Shown here: piece after piece, positions 27,990 to 37,121 of the stretch
Position numbering within the stretch: position 1 is the stretch's first letter
Layout of the letters: every line of letters begins with the position of its first letter
Sequence record: NZ_CP031419.1
Strand: one strand, 5' to 3'
DNA: 64,000 bases
DNA from: a plasmid
The notes under the pieces: generated by a model
Database searches by the model: none
Told to the model about the DNA's origin: nothing
Seen by the model: only the letters and a program-made list of their open reading frames with translations
Program-made: the position numbers and the translations under genes

Positions 27990-28085
27990 CCCAAAACCCC
28001 GGGGTTTTGGGTTGCGCCCGGGGACGGGCGCGAGACACACTCGAAGTGATTCGAGTGTGTCTAAAGCCTCCAGAGGATCTGGAGG
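27990..28085. promoter_or_regulatory. candidate oriT: palindromes CCCAAAACCCCGGGGTTTTGGG (27990-28011), GACACACTCGAA-GTGA-TTCGAGTGTGTC (28033-28060), CCTCCAGA-GGA-TCTGGAGG (28067-28085)
   Basis: three strong inverted repeats immediately upstream of mobC-relaxase; typical oriT architecture. Confidence 0.45.
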
Positions 28086-28189
28086 CGCCGATGTACCCAG
28101 ACCTGCGGTCCGGCCACATCGGCTGGCCCGGCAGGCGACTGCCGGCCCTGCGAGCGCACCAGTGCGCCCGGTAGGCGAAAGGACGTGAA

Positions 28190-28609
28190 GTGCCCCCGAA
28201 GAGCAGACAGGGCCATCGGCCTCACTCCGTCGAGAAGCGGACGCGCCGCCATGAGGCGCTGTTCGCACCCGCGGAGTGGGCACTAGTGGCCGCCGCGGCG
28301 GCCACTGTCGGGCTGAAGCCTGGCGCCTTCATCGCCAAGGCAGCCGTTGGTGCCGCGCGTGCGTTCGCCGCACAGCGCAATGGCTCAGCCGTCCGCACCA
28401 GCGGCCAGGTGGAGATCCTCATCGCCGAGGTTCGGGAGTTGCGCCGACTGCTGGGCAACGTGGCCGGGAATGTGAACGATGTCGCCAAGCACGCGAACTC
28501 CACCGGCGAACTCGGCCAGAACGCGGACGCGGTGCTCGCCTACACCCGCAAGATCAACGGCCGCATCGACACATGGTTGGTTGAACAGCTTCGGCACGGT
28601 GCGCTGTGA
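28190..28609 (+). CDS. mobC: MobC-like relaxosome accessory protein
   Basis: 'RRHEALFAPAEWALVAAAAATVGLKPGAFIAKAAV' matches MobC-family pattern; GTGA coupling to relaxase. Confidence 0.65.
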   Translation: MPPKSRQGHRPHSVEKRTRRHEALFAPAEWALVAAAAATVGLKPGAFIAKAAVGAARAFAAQRNGSAVRTSGQVEILIAEVRELRRLLGNVAGNVNDVAKHANSTGELGQNADAVLAYTRKINGRIDTWLVEQLRHGAL

Positions 28610-30237
28610 TCGGCAAGGCGATCAGGGGATGGGACGGGCAGCGGCTCGTGCGGTACCTGTTCTCGAAGGGCAAGTACAACGAGCACACCAACCCCACCGT
28701 GATCGCAGCATGGCAATCCGACCCCGACGCCCTTCAACCGGTATGGGTCGGCCCCGACGACTGCGACTTCGCGCCCGGTGAGATCGGCAAACTCGCCAAC
28801 CAGGTAACCGCCCTGTCGGATGCGATCGGGCTGCCCACCGAACAGCCCGAGCCCGGCCAGCCGGGCTACACCAAGCACGGCTACATCTGGCACCTGCCGG
28901 TGGCCATCGGCGCCGAAGACGGGGAACTCGGCCACGACACCTGGCGGCGCATCGCCGAGGACATGCTGCACGAGACCGGGATCGCGAAAGCGGGAGACGC
29001 CGGGGCGTGCCGGTGGATCGCGGTGCACCACGGCAAGTCCGTCGACGGCAACGACCACATTCACATCGCCGCGGTCCTCGTGCGCGCCGACACCGGCAAA
29101 CGCTTCTACCCCGACAACGATTGGAAAGCCGTACGCCGCGTCGCCCGGCGCTGGGAACAAGCTCTCGGTCTGCGAATGACCGCCATCAACGACCCGTCGG
29201 CCGTACCCACCCCGACGCGCGGGGAACAGGAAAAGGCGAAGCGCCGCCACGCCGCCGGCGACGACGGCATGCTGCGAGCGACACCAGGTGCCGCGGCACG
29301 GGTACAGCTGCGGCAGATGATCACCGAGACCGCCGCCGTCGCGACGAGCGCCGACGAATTCGTTGCCCGGCTCCGCGACGCGGGCATGCTCATCGACTTC
29401 AAGTACGACGCCATCGGGCAGATCAAGGGATGGGCGGTCGCCGCTCCCGGGGACGTATCGGCGAGAACCGGCGAGCCCATCTACTTCGCGCCCAGCCGGC
29501 ACTTGGGCGCAGATATGTCTTGGCCGCGGATCACCGCCCGCTGGTCGGCCTCCGTGCCCGGCCGTCCCGGCGCCGCGCGGGAAGCGGCCGCCACCGACAC
29601 AGCACGCGAGCCGCATGCAGTGCTGGCCGACAGCGCTGAGCGGGTCCGGTCGGTCACCACCGCAGTGCGCGGTGGCCGCGCCGACGTGGCGACCGTGGCC
29701 CGCGAGTTGCAGGACGTCATCAGTAGTTGGGCATCCATCGCCGACGGTGCGGCGCGCCAGGGCCCGCTCTCCCGGGCCGCCTGGGTCTACGACCGCGCCG
29801 CCCGCACCCGGCGCGGTCTGGCCGCCGTTCCCGCCGGGCAACTCGCCGCCGAACTGCGTGAGGTCTCGCGCGGACTCGCTGCGGTCCGAATGCTGTCCGG
29901 TCGCGGCCTGCAACGAGATCCGAGCCTGCAACTCGGGCTCGCTATCGCCGAACTGTTGCTGGAGATCGCCGCATGGCACCAGCAGAACCAGCGCATCGCT
30001 GCCGCGCGCAGTGCCCGCGAAGCCGCCGGCCTGGTGCGCGCGCACGGGGAGGCCACCGGTGCCGTCCCGGGCCAGCTCCCGCCGCGGCGCGCCCCGGCGG
30101 GCACCGGGCACACGCCCACCGTCACAGCACACCCCGGTCCGGCCGCGCGGCCGGGCGAAGGCCGCCGCGAACTGCCTGCGGTGCGCGGCGTCCGTGAACT
30201 GCCGTCCGGCCCAACAAGGAAGGAACACCGACGATGA
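28606..30237 (+). CDS. relaxase / mobilisation nuclease (MobA/VirD2-like)
   Basis: 'HHGKSVDGNDHIHIAAV' HxDxxHxH three-His motif; downstream of MobC and oriT-like region. Confidence 0.8.
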   Translation: MIGKAIRGWDGQRLVRYLFSKGKYNEHTNPTVIAAWQSDPDALQPVWVGPDDCDFAPGEIGKLANQVTALSDAIGLPTEQPEPGQPGYTKHGYIWHLPVAIGAEDGELGHDTWRRIAEDMLHETGIAKAGDAGACRWIAVHHGKSVDGNDHIHIAAVLVRADTGKRFYPDNDWKAVRRVARRWEQALGLRMTAINDPSAVPTPTRGEQEKAKRRHAAGDDGMLRATPGAAARVQLRQMITETAAVATSADEFVARLRDAGMLIDFKYDAIGQIKGWAVAAPGDVSARTGEPIYFAPSRHLGADMSWPRITARWSASVPGRPGAAREAAATDTAREPHAVLADSAERVRSVTTAVRGGRADVATVARELQDVISSWASIADGAARQGPLSRAAWVYDRAARTRRGLAAVPAGQLAAELREVSRGLAAVRMLSGRGLQRDPSLQLGLAIAELLLEIAAWHQQNQRIAAARSAREAAGLVRAHGEATGAVPGQLPPRRAPAGTGHTPTVTAHPGPAARPGEGRRELPAVRGVRELPSGPTRKEHRR

Positions 30238-31967
30238 ACCAGCCGGTCATTGAAACGCCCGTGATGGGCATCCCTCGCGAGGACACCATGCGCATGGCAC
30301 TGGCAGCACGCACGCTGTCGGGAGTGCTGAGGCAGCTACGGGAACGGCGGGGCCGCTCCGCCTGGGACGACGCCGAGAACGCCGCCCGCAAGAACGCGGT
30401 CCTCGACCGCCACACGGTCAACCGATTCAGCCGTGCCGACGCCGAGGAATGGAACACTGCGGAAAGGGAAGGTCGCATCCGAGCCGAACGGCACCCGGAT
30501 ACCGGCATGACAATTCGTGTGGCCCCACTCTCGCGCGGCCGATTCGGGGTGCAAGCCGGATGGGAGGACAACCACGCCGAGGCAGTGTTCGGCTCCGAGG
30601 ATCTTGCCGCCCGGGTGGCCGACTGGCTGCGAGCCGACGGCTCAGCCGATGCTGTCGACGATCTACGCCGCAATGTCGAGGACATGCACGCCACGTCCCG
30701 GCCACGGCAGCAACGGACTCTCCGAGACATCGAGCTCGCCGAGGCCCGCAAATGGGCACAAGAGAACGATGCCGACTGGTACCGCTGGTGGGAGTTGAGC
30801 TACACCAACGCCGACACCATCGATGGACGCCGCCTCGACGAGGCCGAGATCATCAACAAGTGGGTCGACGCCACCGGCGGCACCACCCGCAGCGCCGTCG
30901 GCGTGGCCCGGCGCTGGCTGGCCGAACACGATCCGGAGTGGACCAAGAACTGGGTGGCCGAATACGACAACTGCGACACACGCGACGGACGCCGCAGCCT
31001 CGAAGCTGAGATCGTTCGCCGATGGCGCGCCCAGTCTCGCGCTGGGCGTGGACGTGGCGGAGCCGGCCAGGACCAGGGCGCTGACGCAGGTGCCGCGGAA
31101 CAGGGCAGCGGTCCGCAGGACCAGCGCACTCCGACCCCACTCGCAGACCGACTGCGGGGGCGAGTGCCTGATCGTGTTCTCGATGATCCGCGTTGGCATG
31201 TCGCCGAGGACCAGTTTGCTGTGCTCACCTCGCAGGGCGCCGACCCGGACACCCTCATCGAATCCGTTGCCGCGATCGACTTCAACAACGGCCAGATCCG
31301 CGCACCCAGCGGCTTCGCCGCCTGGGCAATGCGCGAAGCCGCGAAGAAGGGGAAAGCAGCCAACGCGCACACCCGCAGCGAGGAAGATGCTCGCCGCTCG
31401 GTGGCAGAGGAATGGCTCATGAGTGCGGACCCGGACTCACCGTTCGACCGAGCCCGCGCGGCGCAGTTGGTCGGCGAGATCGACGATGACTTCGACGCCC
31501 TGCTCGCCCGCAAGTACCCGGGCATCCTCGATGGCGATGCCGAGCAGGCGCGAGCCAAGGCCGCACAGCACGAGAGCAACGCCGATACCGCTGACGACCA
31601 GGCTCGCAAGGACAACGCCGCGGCCCAGCAGACCGCGGACGAGGACGAGGCTGAGGACACGGTGTTCGTGGTCGACAGCGACGGCACCGTCATCACCGTG
31701 CCGTTCGTTCCAGCACCGGAACCCCCGCCCGAAGCCGAAGCCGAAGCGGCCAGCCACGCCGCCGACGCCGACCGCGAGCACGAGGCCGCCGACCGCGAGC
31801 ACGACACCGACTCCCAACACCGCGCCACCCGCACCGCCGAAGCCGCAGCGCAGGCTCCGCTCACCCCACCCAAACAAGCCAAAACCAACGCCAAGACCCG
31901 TCGGCGAACCCCACCGCCGGCCAAACCCGCGGCGACGCACACCCGGAACCGGGGCCGCGCGCACTGA
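30234..31967 (+). CDS. hypothetical protein (relaxase-associated, low-complexity C-terminus)
   Basis: ATGA overlap with relaxase; 577 aa. Confidence 0.55.
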   Translation: MNQPVIETPVMGIPREDTMRMALAARTLSGVLRQLRERRGRSAWDDAENAARKNAVLDRHTVNRFSRADAEEWNTAEREGRIRAERHPDTGMTIRVAPLSRGRFGVQAGWEDNHAEAVFGSEDLAARVADWLRADGSADAVDDLRRNVEDMHATSRPRQQRTLRDIELAEARKWAQENDADWYRWWELSYTNADTIDGRRLDEAEIINKWVDATGGTTRSAVGVARRWLAEHDPEWTKNWVAEYDNCDTRDGRRSLEAEIVRRWRAQSRAGRGRGGAGQDQGADAGAAEQGSGPQDQRTPTPLADRLRGRVPDRVLDDPRWHVAEDQFAVLTSQGADPDTLIESVAAIDFNNGQIRAPSGFAAWAMREAAKKGKAANAHTRSEEDARRSVAEEWLMSADPDSPFDRARAAQLVGEIDDDFDALLARKYPGILDGDAEQARAKAAQHESNADTADDQARKDNAAAQQTADEDEAEDTVFVVDSDGTVITVPFVPAPEPPPEAEAEAASHAADADREHEAADREHDTDSQHRATRTAEAAAQAPLTPPKQAKTNAKTRRRTPPPAKPAATHTRNRGRAH

Positions 31968-32150
31968 GGCGGCCTCTTCATCGTCGGGTGGCCTGCGCGG
32001 GCGAGATCCTGCGCGGGCCACCCGGGATCGGCGTCGCCAGACAGAATCGCCCGCCCATCGTCTGCGGTGCTTATGCTGGGCCCTGAGCAGTGGAACGCGA
32101 ATCACTGGCTGCTCTGGGACATGGCCCTCCCCTCCGGCCATGTACACGAA

Positions 32151-32190
32151 GATGCCCATCGGTTGAATCCGATGGGCATCTCTTTCCTCG
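32151..32190 (+). terminator. intrinsic terminator GATGCCCATCGG-TTGAAT-CCGATGGGCATC followed by TCTCTTTCC
   Basis: 12-bp perfect stem with T-rich tail downstream of 30234..31967. Confidence 0.55.
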
Positions 32191-32234
32191 TCCAGTCCCG
32201 GCGATCCGGGGGTAAGCCGCCGGGGCGGCTGCGG

Positions 32235-32510
32235 TCACAGGATCGCGCGGAACTCGATGGTCACCACCACGCTGACCAGATACTCGATCGGTGCGGCGAG
32301 CAGCGGCACGATCGTGTGGTCGATGCCGACGACGGTCGGCGCGTAGGTCTCACCGGTCAGGGTGGTCTCTTCGGCCGCCGCAGTGCGAGCACGCTCCTGA
32401 CACTGTTCGACAAGAGCCTCGACGCTATCGGGAATCTCGGCGGATGAGGAGACGGTCCGGGTGGCCGCATACGCGACCACATCGTCGTGCAGGGAAGTCG
32501 GGCTGCTCAT
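32235..32510 (-). CDS. hypothetical protein
   Basis: 91-aa ORF. Confidence 0.4.
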   Translation of the reverse strand: MSSPTSLHDDVVAYAATRTVSSSAEIPDSVEALVEQCQERARTAAAEETTLTGETYAPTVVGIDHTIVPLLAAPIEYLVSVVVTIEFRAIL

Positions 32511-32588
32511 GATCTCGTGTCCTTATATCGGAGGGAATGGGGTCCTCGGCCCATGCCCAACTAGCGGGCATGCACCGGAGTCGGTGGT

Positions 32589-33299
32589 TCAGCGGTCAGC
32601 GCTGGTGACAGTGTCGATGAACGTGCGCCCGTCGCGGTCGACGGTGGTCACGTTCTGGCGGTAGGTCTTGGTCTCGCCGGATGGCCTGCGCTCGAATACC
32701 TCGACGAGGTGCCGCGCAGGTTCCAGCTCGGTGATTGTCAGGCAGTAGCTCGTCTTGTCGGGGATGGTGTTGATTCCCTTCTGGATCGTGTCCGCAGAGG
32801 AGACGGGGGCCTCCGGCAGCACCAGGGCACGCACTTGCTCCCCTGACCGGGCGACATAGTAGGCGTGCTGGAAGGCGAAGATGACGGGCACGCTCCCGAC
32901 CAGACCGCCCTGGTTGTCGCCGCGATGTACCTTGCCCTCCGCGGTGTTCGGGCACTTCCCGCCAGCGAGAAAGCCCACCGTTGTGGTCACCGCTGGCGGT
33001 GGTGGTGGGGCCACAGACAGAGCGGGTTGCGGCGGCGGGGTGGGCTCCAAGCTGTTGAGCCCCACAGCGAGCGCACCCAGTCCCAGCGCACTGACGGCGG
33101 CTGCAATGCCGAGCGCCTTGTACCGAGGTCGGCGACTGGGCACGGGCGCCGGCTCGGGGGCTCTCTCAACGGCGTCCGCCGGTTGGAACTCGAGGTCCTG
33201 TTCGTCGGGCTCCGGCAGGACCTCTGGAATTTTCAGGGGCGATAGAACCGGGGTCCACCGGCCAGAAGCCGGGACGGGTCGATCGGTGTTTGCGTTCAT
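32589..33299 (-). CDS. membrane-anchored Pro-rich protein
   Basis: single TM 'ALGIAAAVSALGLGALAVGL' then 'PPPQPALSVAPPPPPAV'. Confidence 0.5.
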   Translation of the reverse strand: MNANTDRPVPASGRWTPVLSPLKIPEVLPEPDEQDLEFQPADAVERAPEPAPVPSRRPRYKALGIAAAVSALGLGALAVGLNSLEPTPPPQPALSVAPPPPPAVTTTVGFLAGGKCPNTAEGKVHRGDNQGGLVGSVPVIFAFQHAYYVARSGEQVRALVLPEAPVSSADTIQKGINTIPDKTSYCLTITELEPARHLVEVFERRPSGETKTYRQNVTTVDRDGRTFIDTVTSADR

Positions 33300-33312
33300 C
33301 CTCGTTCCCCTT

Positions 33313-35184
33313 TCAACGTCCGCGTCCGGGAGTCCGCTGCGGGGCAGCGCTGGTATTTGCTCTACTGGCCGGGGTCATCGACGTACCGGCGGCCGCGGGC
33401 GCTCCGGCAGACGGGGTCAGCGGTCCGTTCGCCGCCCGCAGCGCCTGTTCCCCGCGCCGGGCCTCTTGCAGCTGGGCGAAGGTTGGGCGCCCACTGCCGT
33501 TGCGGGCGGTAGCCGTCACCGTCGAGGTCTGGCTGCGTGCTACGGGGGCGGTAGCTTCGGCGGCGCTGGCCTGCTGCACGTAGCGCAGGGCGGCCTCCAC
33601 CACCGCGCCAGTCTTGCGAGGGTCACCGTTGGGAAGTGCGGCCCACTGCGGTGAGCCAACCTCTGGGATCTCCCCCCGCCGCATGGCAGCGCGCAGATAC
33701 GGGCCTGCCCACGCCTGTACCGCGTCGACGCTCAGGCGATCCGCCGTGGATGGAAACCCAGGCTGCACAGCAGCCGCCTCCTGTTCTGCCAGCACATCAG
33801 CGCGCATAACACCGGGCAGGGTCTTGAGCTTGTCGGGACGGAATCCGGAGAACCGAACGTCTCCCGCCTCCACCACCGGCGCGCCCTGGAACCCCATGTC
33901 CAGCAATCGCTGGCGTGCGGCCGAGTCCTGGGTGACATCGACGATCCGATAGTCGAACCCGAGATTGTCGAGGGTGCGCTTGGTGGCATCGCACTGCGGG
34001 CACTGCGGTTTGGTGTAGACGGTTATCTGGACGCCTTCGCCCGGCGCGATTGCGGTCTGTGCCATGGTCGTCTCCGGATTCTGTTGGTTCTGCACTGATT
34101 TCGCGGGCGCACTCTCGATCCCGAGTTCGGTCTCTGCTTCCGGGGCCCACTGCCACCGCCAGCCTGTCTCGGGGTCGAACGACCGCCGGAACACGCCCTC
34201 CATGGCCTTCTCGGCCGCCGCGATGGCCTCGTCCGCACCGGGGAATCCGCGCTCGAGTTGCTCATCGGTGACGGGCACAAACTCGTCGAAGTCGTGCCCG
34301 AGATCGAAGTGGTTGCTGGCGTCCTTGCCGGTCGCCGCTTCCACGACGAGCACTTCCCCCACACGCCCGACCAGCATCCGCTTGACCTGGAGGGCGTGCT
34401 GGTAGCCCGCTGAATCGCGATCAGCGATGATGATTACTCGCCGTGCGCCGGTGAGCTGGCGGGCGTGCTCGAGCCGAAACGAACCGGCACCCATTGCATT
34501 GCAGGTGGCGAACCGCCCGGCAGCCCGAATTCGGTCGACGTCCTTCTCTCCTTCGGGGAGGTGGATGTCTTCGCCGTCAGCGATTGCCTGTACCACCTCG
34601 GGAAGGTGATACAGCACCGGTTCGAACCCGCCTTTGCTCCACCGCCCGCCGGCATCCATCTTGCGCTGGAAGAACATCTTGTCGGTGCCGCGCTCGTGCG
34701 GAACGTGCATTCGCACGACCTCACCGAGGGGGCGTCCTCGGTGGTCGGTGTAGTGGTAGATCGCCGCCTGGTAGCGGGGACCAACCACCTTGCCGAGGCG
34801 TTCCTTCTTTGAGGGCTTCGGCGGAACCTGTGCGTCACGTCGCGCTTCCGGACCTTCCGGTCGCGGCGCTCGCGGCCGCGACGGCGAGCCGGGCGCGCGG
34901 ACCCACTGCCGGTCCCAAATCGCTGATTCAGGCAGGCCGACCGTGGCCAGCACCTCGGTGTCGGAGCATCCGGTAAAGCATCTGACCACGGTCTTGTGCT
35001 TGTCCGCGTTGTAGATCAGGCCCAAGCTCGGATCATCGTCCTGATGCGCCGGGCAGTGGTACATCGTCCACTGCCCGCGCTTCGATGCTGGTCCTGCCGG
35101 GCGACTGTTCTCGAATGCCCACTCGTCGAGTGCCCGGGTGATCCGGGCAAACGACGGAGGTGAGCCGGGCTTATCAGTTCTCAC
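33313..35184 (-). CDS. DnaG-type primase (CHC2 zinc finger + TOPRIM) fused to NrdH/glutaredoxin-like domain
   Basis: 'YHCPAHQDDDPSLG…CFTGCSDTEV' CHC2 finger; 'VIIIADRDSAGYQHA' TOPRIM DxD; 'ITVYTKPQCPQCDATKRTLDNLGFDYRIVDV' CPQC redox motif; GTG start with GGAGGTGG RBS. Confidence 0.8.
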   Translation of the reverse strand: MRTDKPGSPPSFARITRALDEWAFENSRPAGPASKRGQWTMYHCPAHQDDDPSLGLIYNADKHKTVVRCFTGCSDTEVLATVGLPESAIWDRQWVRAPGSPSRPRAPRPEGPEARRDAQVPPKPSKKERLGKVVGPRYQAAIYHYTDHRGRPLGEVVRMHVPHERGTDKMFFQRKMDAGGRWSKGGFEPVLYHLPEVVQAIADGEDIHLPEGEKDVDRIRAAGRFATCNAMGAGSFRLEHARQLTGARRVIIIADRDSAGYQHALQVKRMLVGRVGEVLVVEAATGKDASNHFDLGHDFDEFVPVTDEQLERGFPGADEAIAAAEKAMEGVFRRSFDPETGWRWQWAPEAETELGIESAPAKSVQNQQNPETTMAQTAIAPGEGVQITVYTKPQCPQCDATKRTLDNLGFDYRIVDVTQDSAARQRLLDMGFQGAPVVEAGDVRFSGFRPDKLKTLPGVMRADVLAEQEAAAVQPGFPSTADRLSVDAVQAWAGPYLRAAMRRGEIPEVGSPQWAALPNGDPRKTGAVVEAALRYVQQASAAEATAPVARSQTSTVTATARNGSGRPTFAQLQEARRGEQALRAANGPLTPSAGAPAAAGTSMTPASRANTSAAPQRTPGRGR

Positions 35185-35223
35185 GGCGCACCACCTCCAC
35201 GGGTGCTTATGAATCTGATGGAG

Positions 35224-35238
35224 CTAATGTATCTAAAA
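35224..35238 (-). promoter_or_regulatory. TTTTAGATACATTAG motif copy 6 (~45 nt upstream of primase start)
   Basis: plus strand ctaATGTATCTAAAA. Confidence 0.5.
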
Positions 35239-35276
35239 TGGAGCCCGCGCCAGCGCTGCGAGTCCGCCGGGACTGC

Positions 35277-35522
35277 TTACCTGCGCTTTGCGACTCCGGC
35301 CAGACCGGCCAGCGTCATGCCCACGGCCGCGCCGAGGACACCACCCACTGCTCCCAGAGCCTTCCGCCCCGTCCGCTTACGGCCTCGCGTGGGGGCCGGG
35401 TTCGGGTGCGCCATGTTGACGGCGACCACCACGACCACGATCAGCACAGCAACGACCGGGTACACCAGCAGAAGCGACATTTCTGATGACCTCCTCTTTC
35501 GTCGTCGATGGCCAACCTGCAC
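35277..35522 (-). CDS. small membrane protein
   Basis: GAAAGAGGAGG RBS before ATG (MSLLLVYPVVAVLIVVVVVAV…); motif copy 7 upstream. Confidence 0.45.
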   Translation of the reverse strand: MQVGHRRRKRRSSEMSLLLVYPVVAVLIVVVVVAVNMAHPNPAPTRGRKRTGRKALGAVGGVLGAAVGMTLAGLAGVAKRR

Positions 35523-35530
35523 GTGGTGCG

Positions 35531-35544
35531 AATGTATCTAAAAG
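35531..35544 (-). promoter_or_regulatory. TTTTAGATACATT motif copy 7
   Basis: plus strand AATGTATCTAAAAG. Confidence 0.5.
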
Positions 35545-35574
35545 CAGTGTCGCAGTTTCGCCGGCCGGCCGCAA

Positions 35575-35994
35575 TCATGCCGCCGACCGCTGCTCGGCAG
35601 TGGCTGCGACCTCGGCCCACTCTCGGCAGTAATCCAGGGCCGTGCCCGGAGAGAATCCCGGGACGGTTTCTTCCCAGCTCAGCGACGGATTCACGGTTGC
35701 GCTGAGGCTGGGACCACACACGTACCACGCCCAGCGATTGCCTTCGGGCAGGCGGTCAAGGGTGCGCGGGTCCTGCGGACCGATGAGGAACCAGTGTTCG
35801 CCGACTCGCACGGTGGAGACGTCGTAGGTCGCCATCAGCGTATGCAGCACACGCCGCCAGTCGGCGCCATCGGCCTTGACCAGCAGAGCCAGTCGCAACG
35901 CGCGGCAATACCGCAGTTCAGCGCAGAGATTTCGGACCCGGTAGCGGACGGCATAGACGAGATCCGCAGCGATGGTCGTGGCCCGCGCGTTCAT
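35575..35994 (-). CDS. hypothetical protein
   Basis: 139-aa ORF overlapping next gene stop by 4 nt. Confidence 0.45.
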   Translation of the reverse strand: MNARATTIAADLVYAVRYRVRNLCAELRYCRALRLALLVKADGADWRRVLHTLMATYDVSTVRVGEHWFLIGPQDPRTLDRLPEGNRWAWYVCGPSLSATVNPSLSWEETVPGFSPGTALDYCREWAEVAATAEQRSAA

Positions 35995-36977
35995 CGCGCT
36001 GCCCTCCTCGCCGCAGCGGCCACCGGTGCGGCCTGAGCTGCCGGTGCGGCGCCGAAGGTGAATTCCCGTCTACCGGTGGCTGCTGCTGCGGGTGGCGTCA
36101 GCGGACCGCGGGCGGCCGCCTGGATTTTCGACCACATCCCCTGCCGTTGCGGTTCGGTCTGGCTCGCTTGATGCGCGGCACGCAGTTCCTGGTTGATTCG
36201 GTCGGAGGTGATGCCGAGTTGTTGTGTGCGGGTGAGGGCTTCGTGGAACTCGGTCACCACCGCCGCGAGATCGGTCTCAGCCTCCTTGGCTTCGCGTGCC
36301 TGTGTCGACGCCTTGTCGAAGCGCTGCGCCGCCGCCGTCAGATCGGCCAGGGCAGCGGCTTGGCCGGGCGTGAGCCACGACGAGGGGCCTTCCGGCTGTC
36401 GCGCCTGGTTGTGCATCGCGTCTGCCTGCCACTGAGCCAGCCGGAAGGGAGCTGAACGCAACTGCTGCGTCACGGCGGTGATGCCGAGACGGATCGCGGA
36501 GACCTTCTCCGCGACACGAGCTTTGAGCGCTTCCATGGCACTGTTGACCTCCCACTTCACTCGCACCGCGGCCCCCGGCACAGCGTGCGCCTGCGCCAGC
36601 GCCTCCACGGCCCTACCCCGGTCGGTCGCGCTTAGGTGGGGTAATTCGTGAATCCGTCGCTCAAGTCGGGTAGCGGCGTCACTCAGCTCTGCCTGCTTGC
36701 GGGCCCACGTCTCGTGCTGCTCCTCCTTCTCGGGTTTGAATCCCGCCGCGACGACCGCCTTCTGATGGTGCAGGATGTCCAGTTCGAGCTGCGTGCGCGT
36801 GATCGAGACATCCAGCTGGCGGGAGCGGGTGTCGTTGCGTACGGCGCGCGAGATTTCCCGGCGCACGTGCCGCGGGATCGCCTGGGCGGTCGGGTCCTGC
36901 GCCCGCCACGCGGCGATCGTCTCCGCCACCGCTGCGGCGAGAGTGTTGGGCTCGGGCCCAGCTTTCGCGTCGGCCAT
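35991..36977 (-). CDS. coiled-coil hypothetical protein
   Basis: ATG 36977 with AGGAAGGAG RBS; motif copy 8 ~95 nt upstream. Confidence 0.55.
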   Translation of the reverse strand: MADAKAGPEPNTLAAAVAETIAAWRAQDPTAQAIPRHVRREISRAVRNDTRSRQLDVSITRTQLELDILHHQKAVVAAGFKPEKEEQHETWARKQAELSDAATRLERRIHELPHLSATDRGRAVEALAQAHAVPGAAVRVKWEVNSAMEALKARVAEKVSAIRLGITAVTQQLRSAPFRLAQWQADAMHNQARQPEGPSSWLTPGQAAALADLTAAAQRFDKASTQAREAKEAETDLAAVVTEFHEALTRTQQLGITSDRINQELRAAHQASQTEPQRQGMWSKIQAAARGPLTPPAAAATGRREFTFGAAPAAQAAPVAAAARRAAR

Positions 36978-37070
36978 CGTCGACTCCTTCCTCTCGGTGA
37001 TCGGTCGCTGGCAGTGGGTGCCGGCCACGAATGGGCACAGCACCCAGAGCCGCTAGTTATGTTAATGGTT

Positions 37071-37088
37071 CGAGTGTATCTAAAACAT
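37071..37088 (-). promoter_or_regulatory. ATGTTTTAGATACACTCG motif copy 8
   Basis: plus strand CGAGTGTATCTAAAACAT. Confidence 0.5.
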
Positions 37089-37121
37089 GGTTGGTGTCAT
37101 CCCTGTTGACCAGATCGTTCG

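Noticed and set aside
28540-30228. 562-aa minus-strand ORF
   Set aside because: Antisense to the relaxase, which has the diagnostic HxDxxHxH motif
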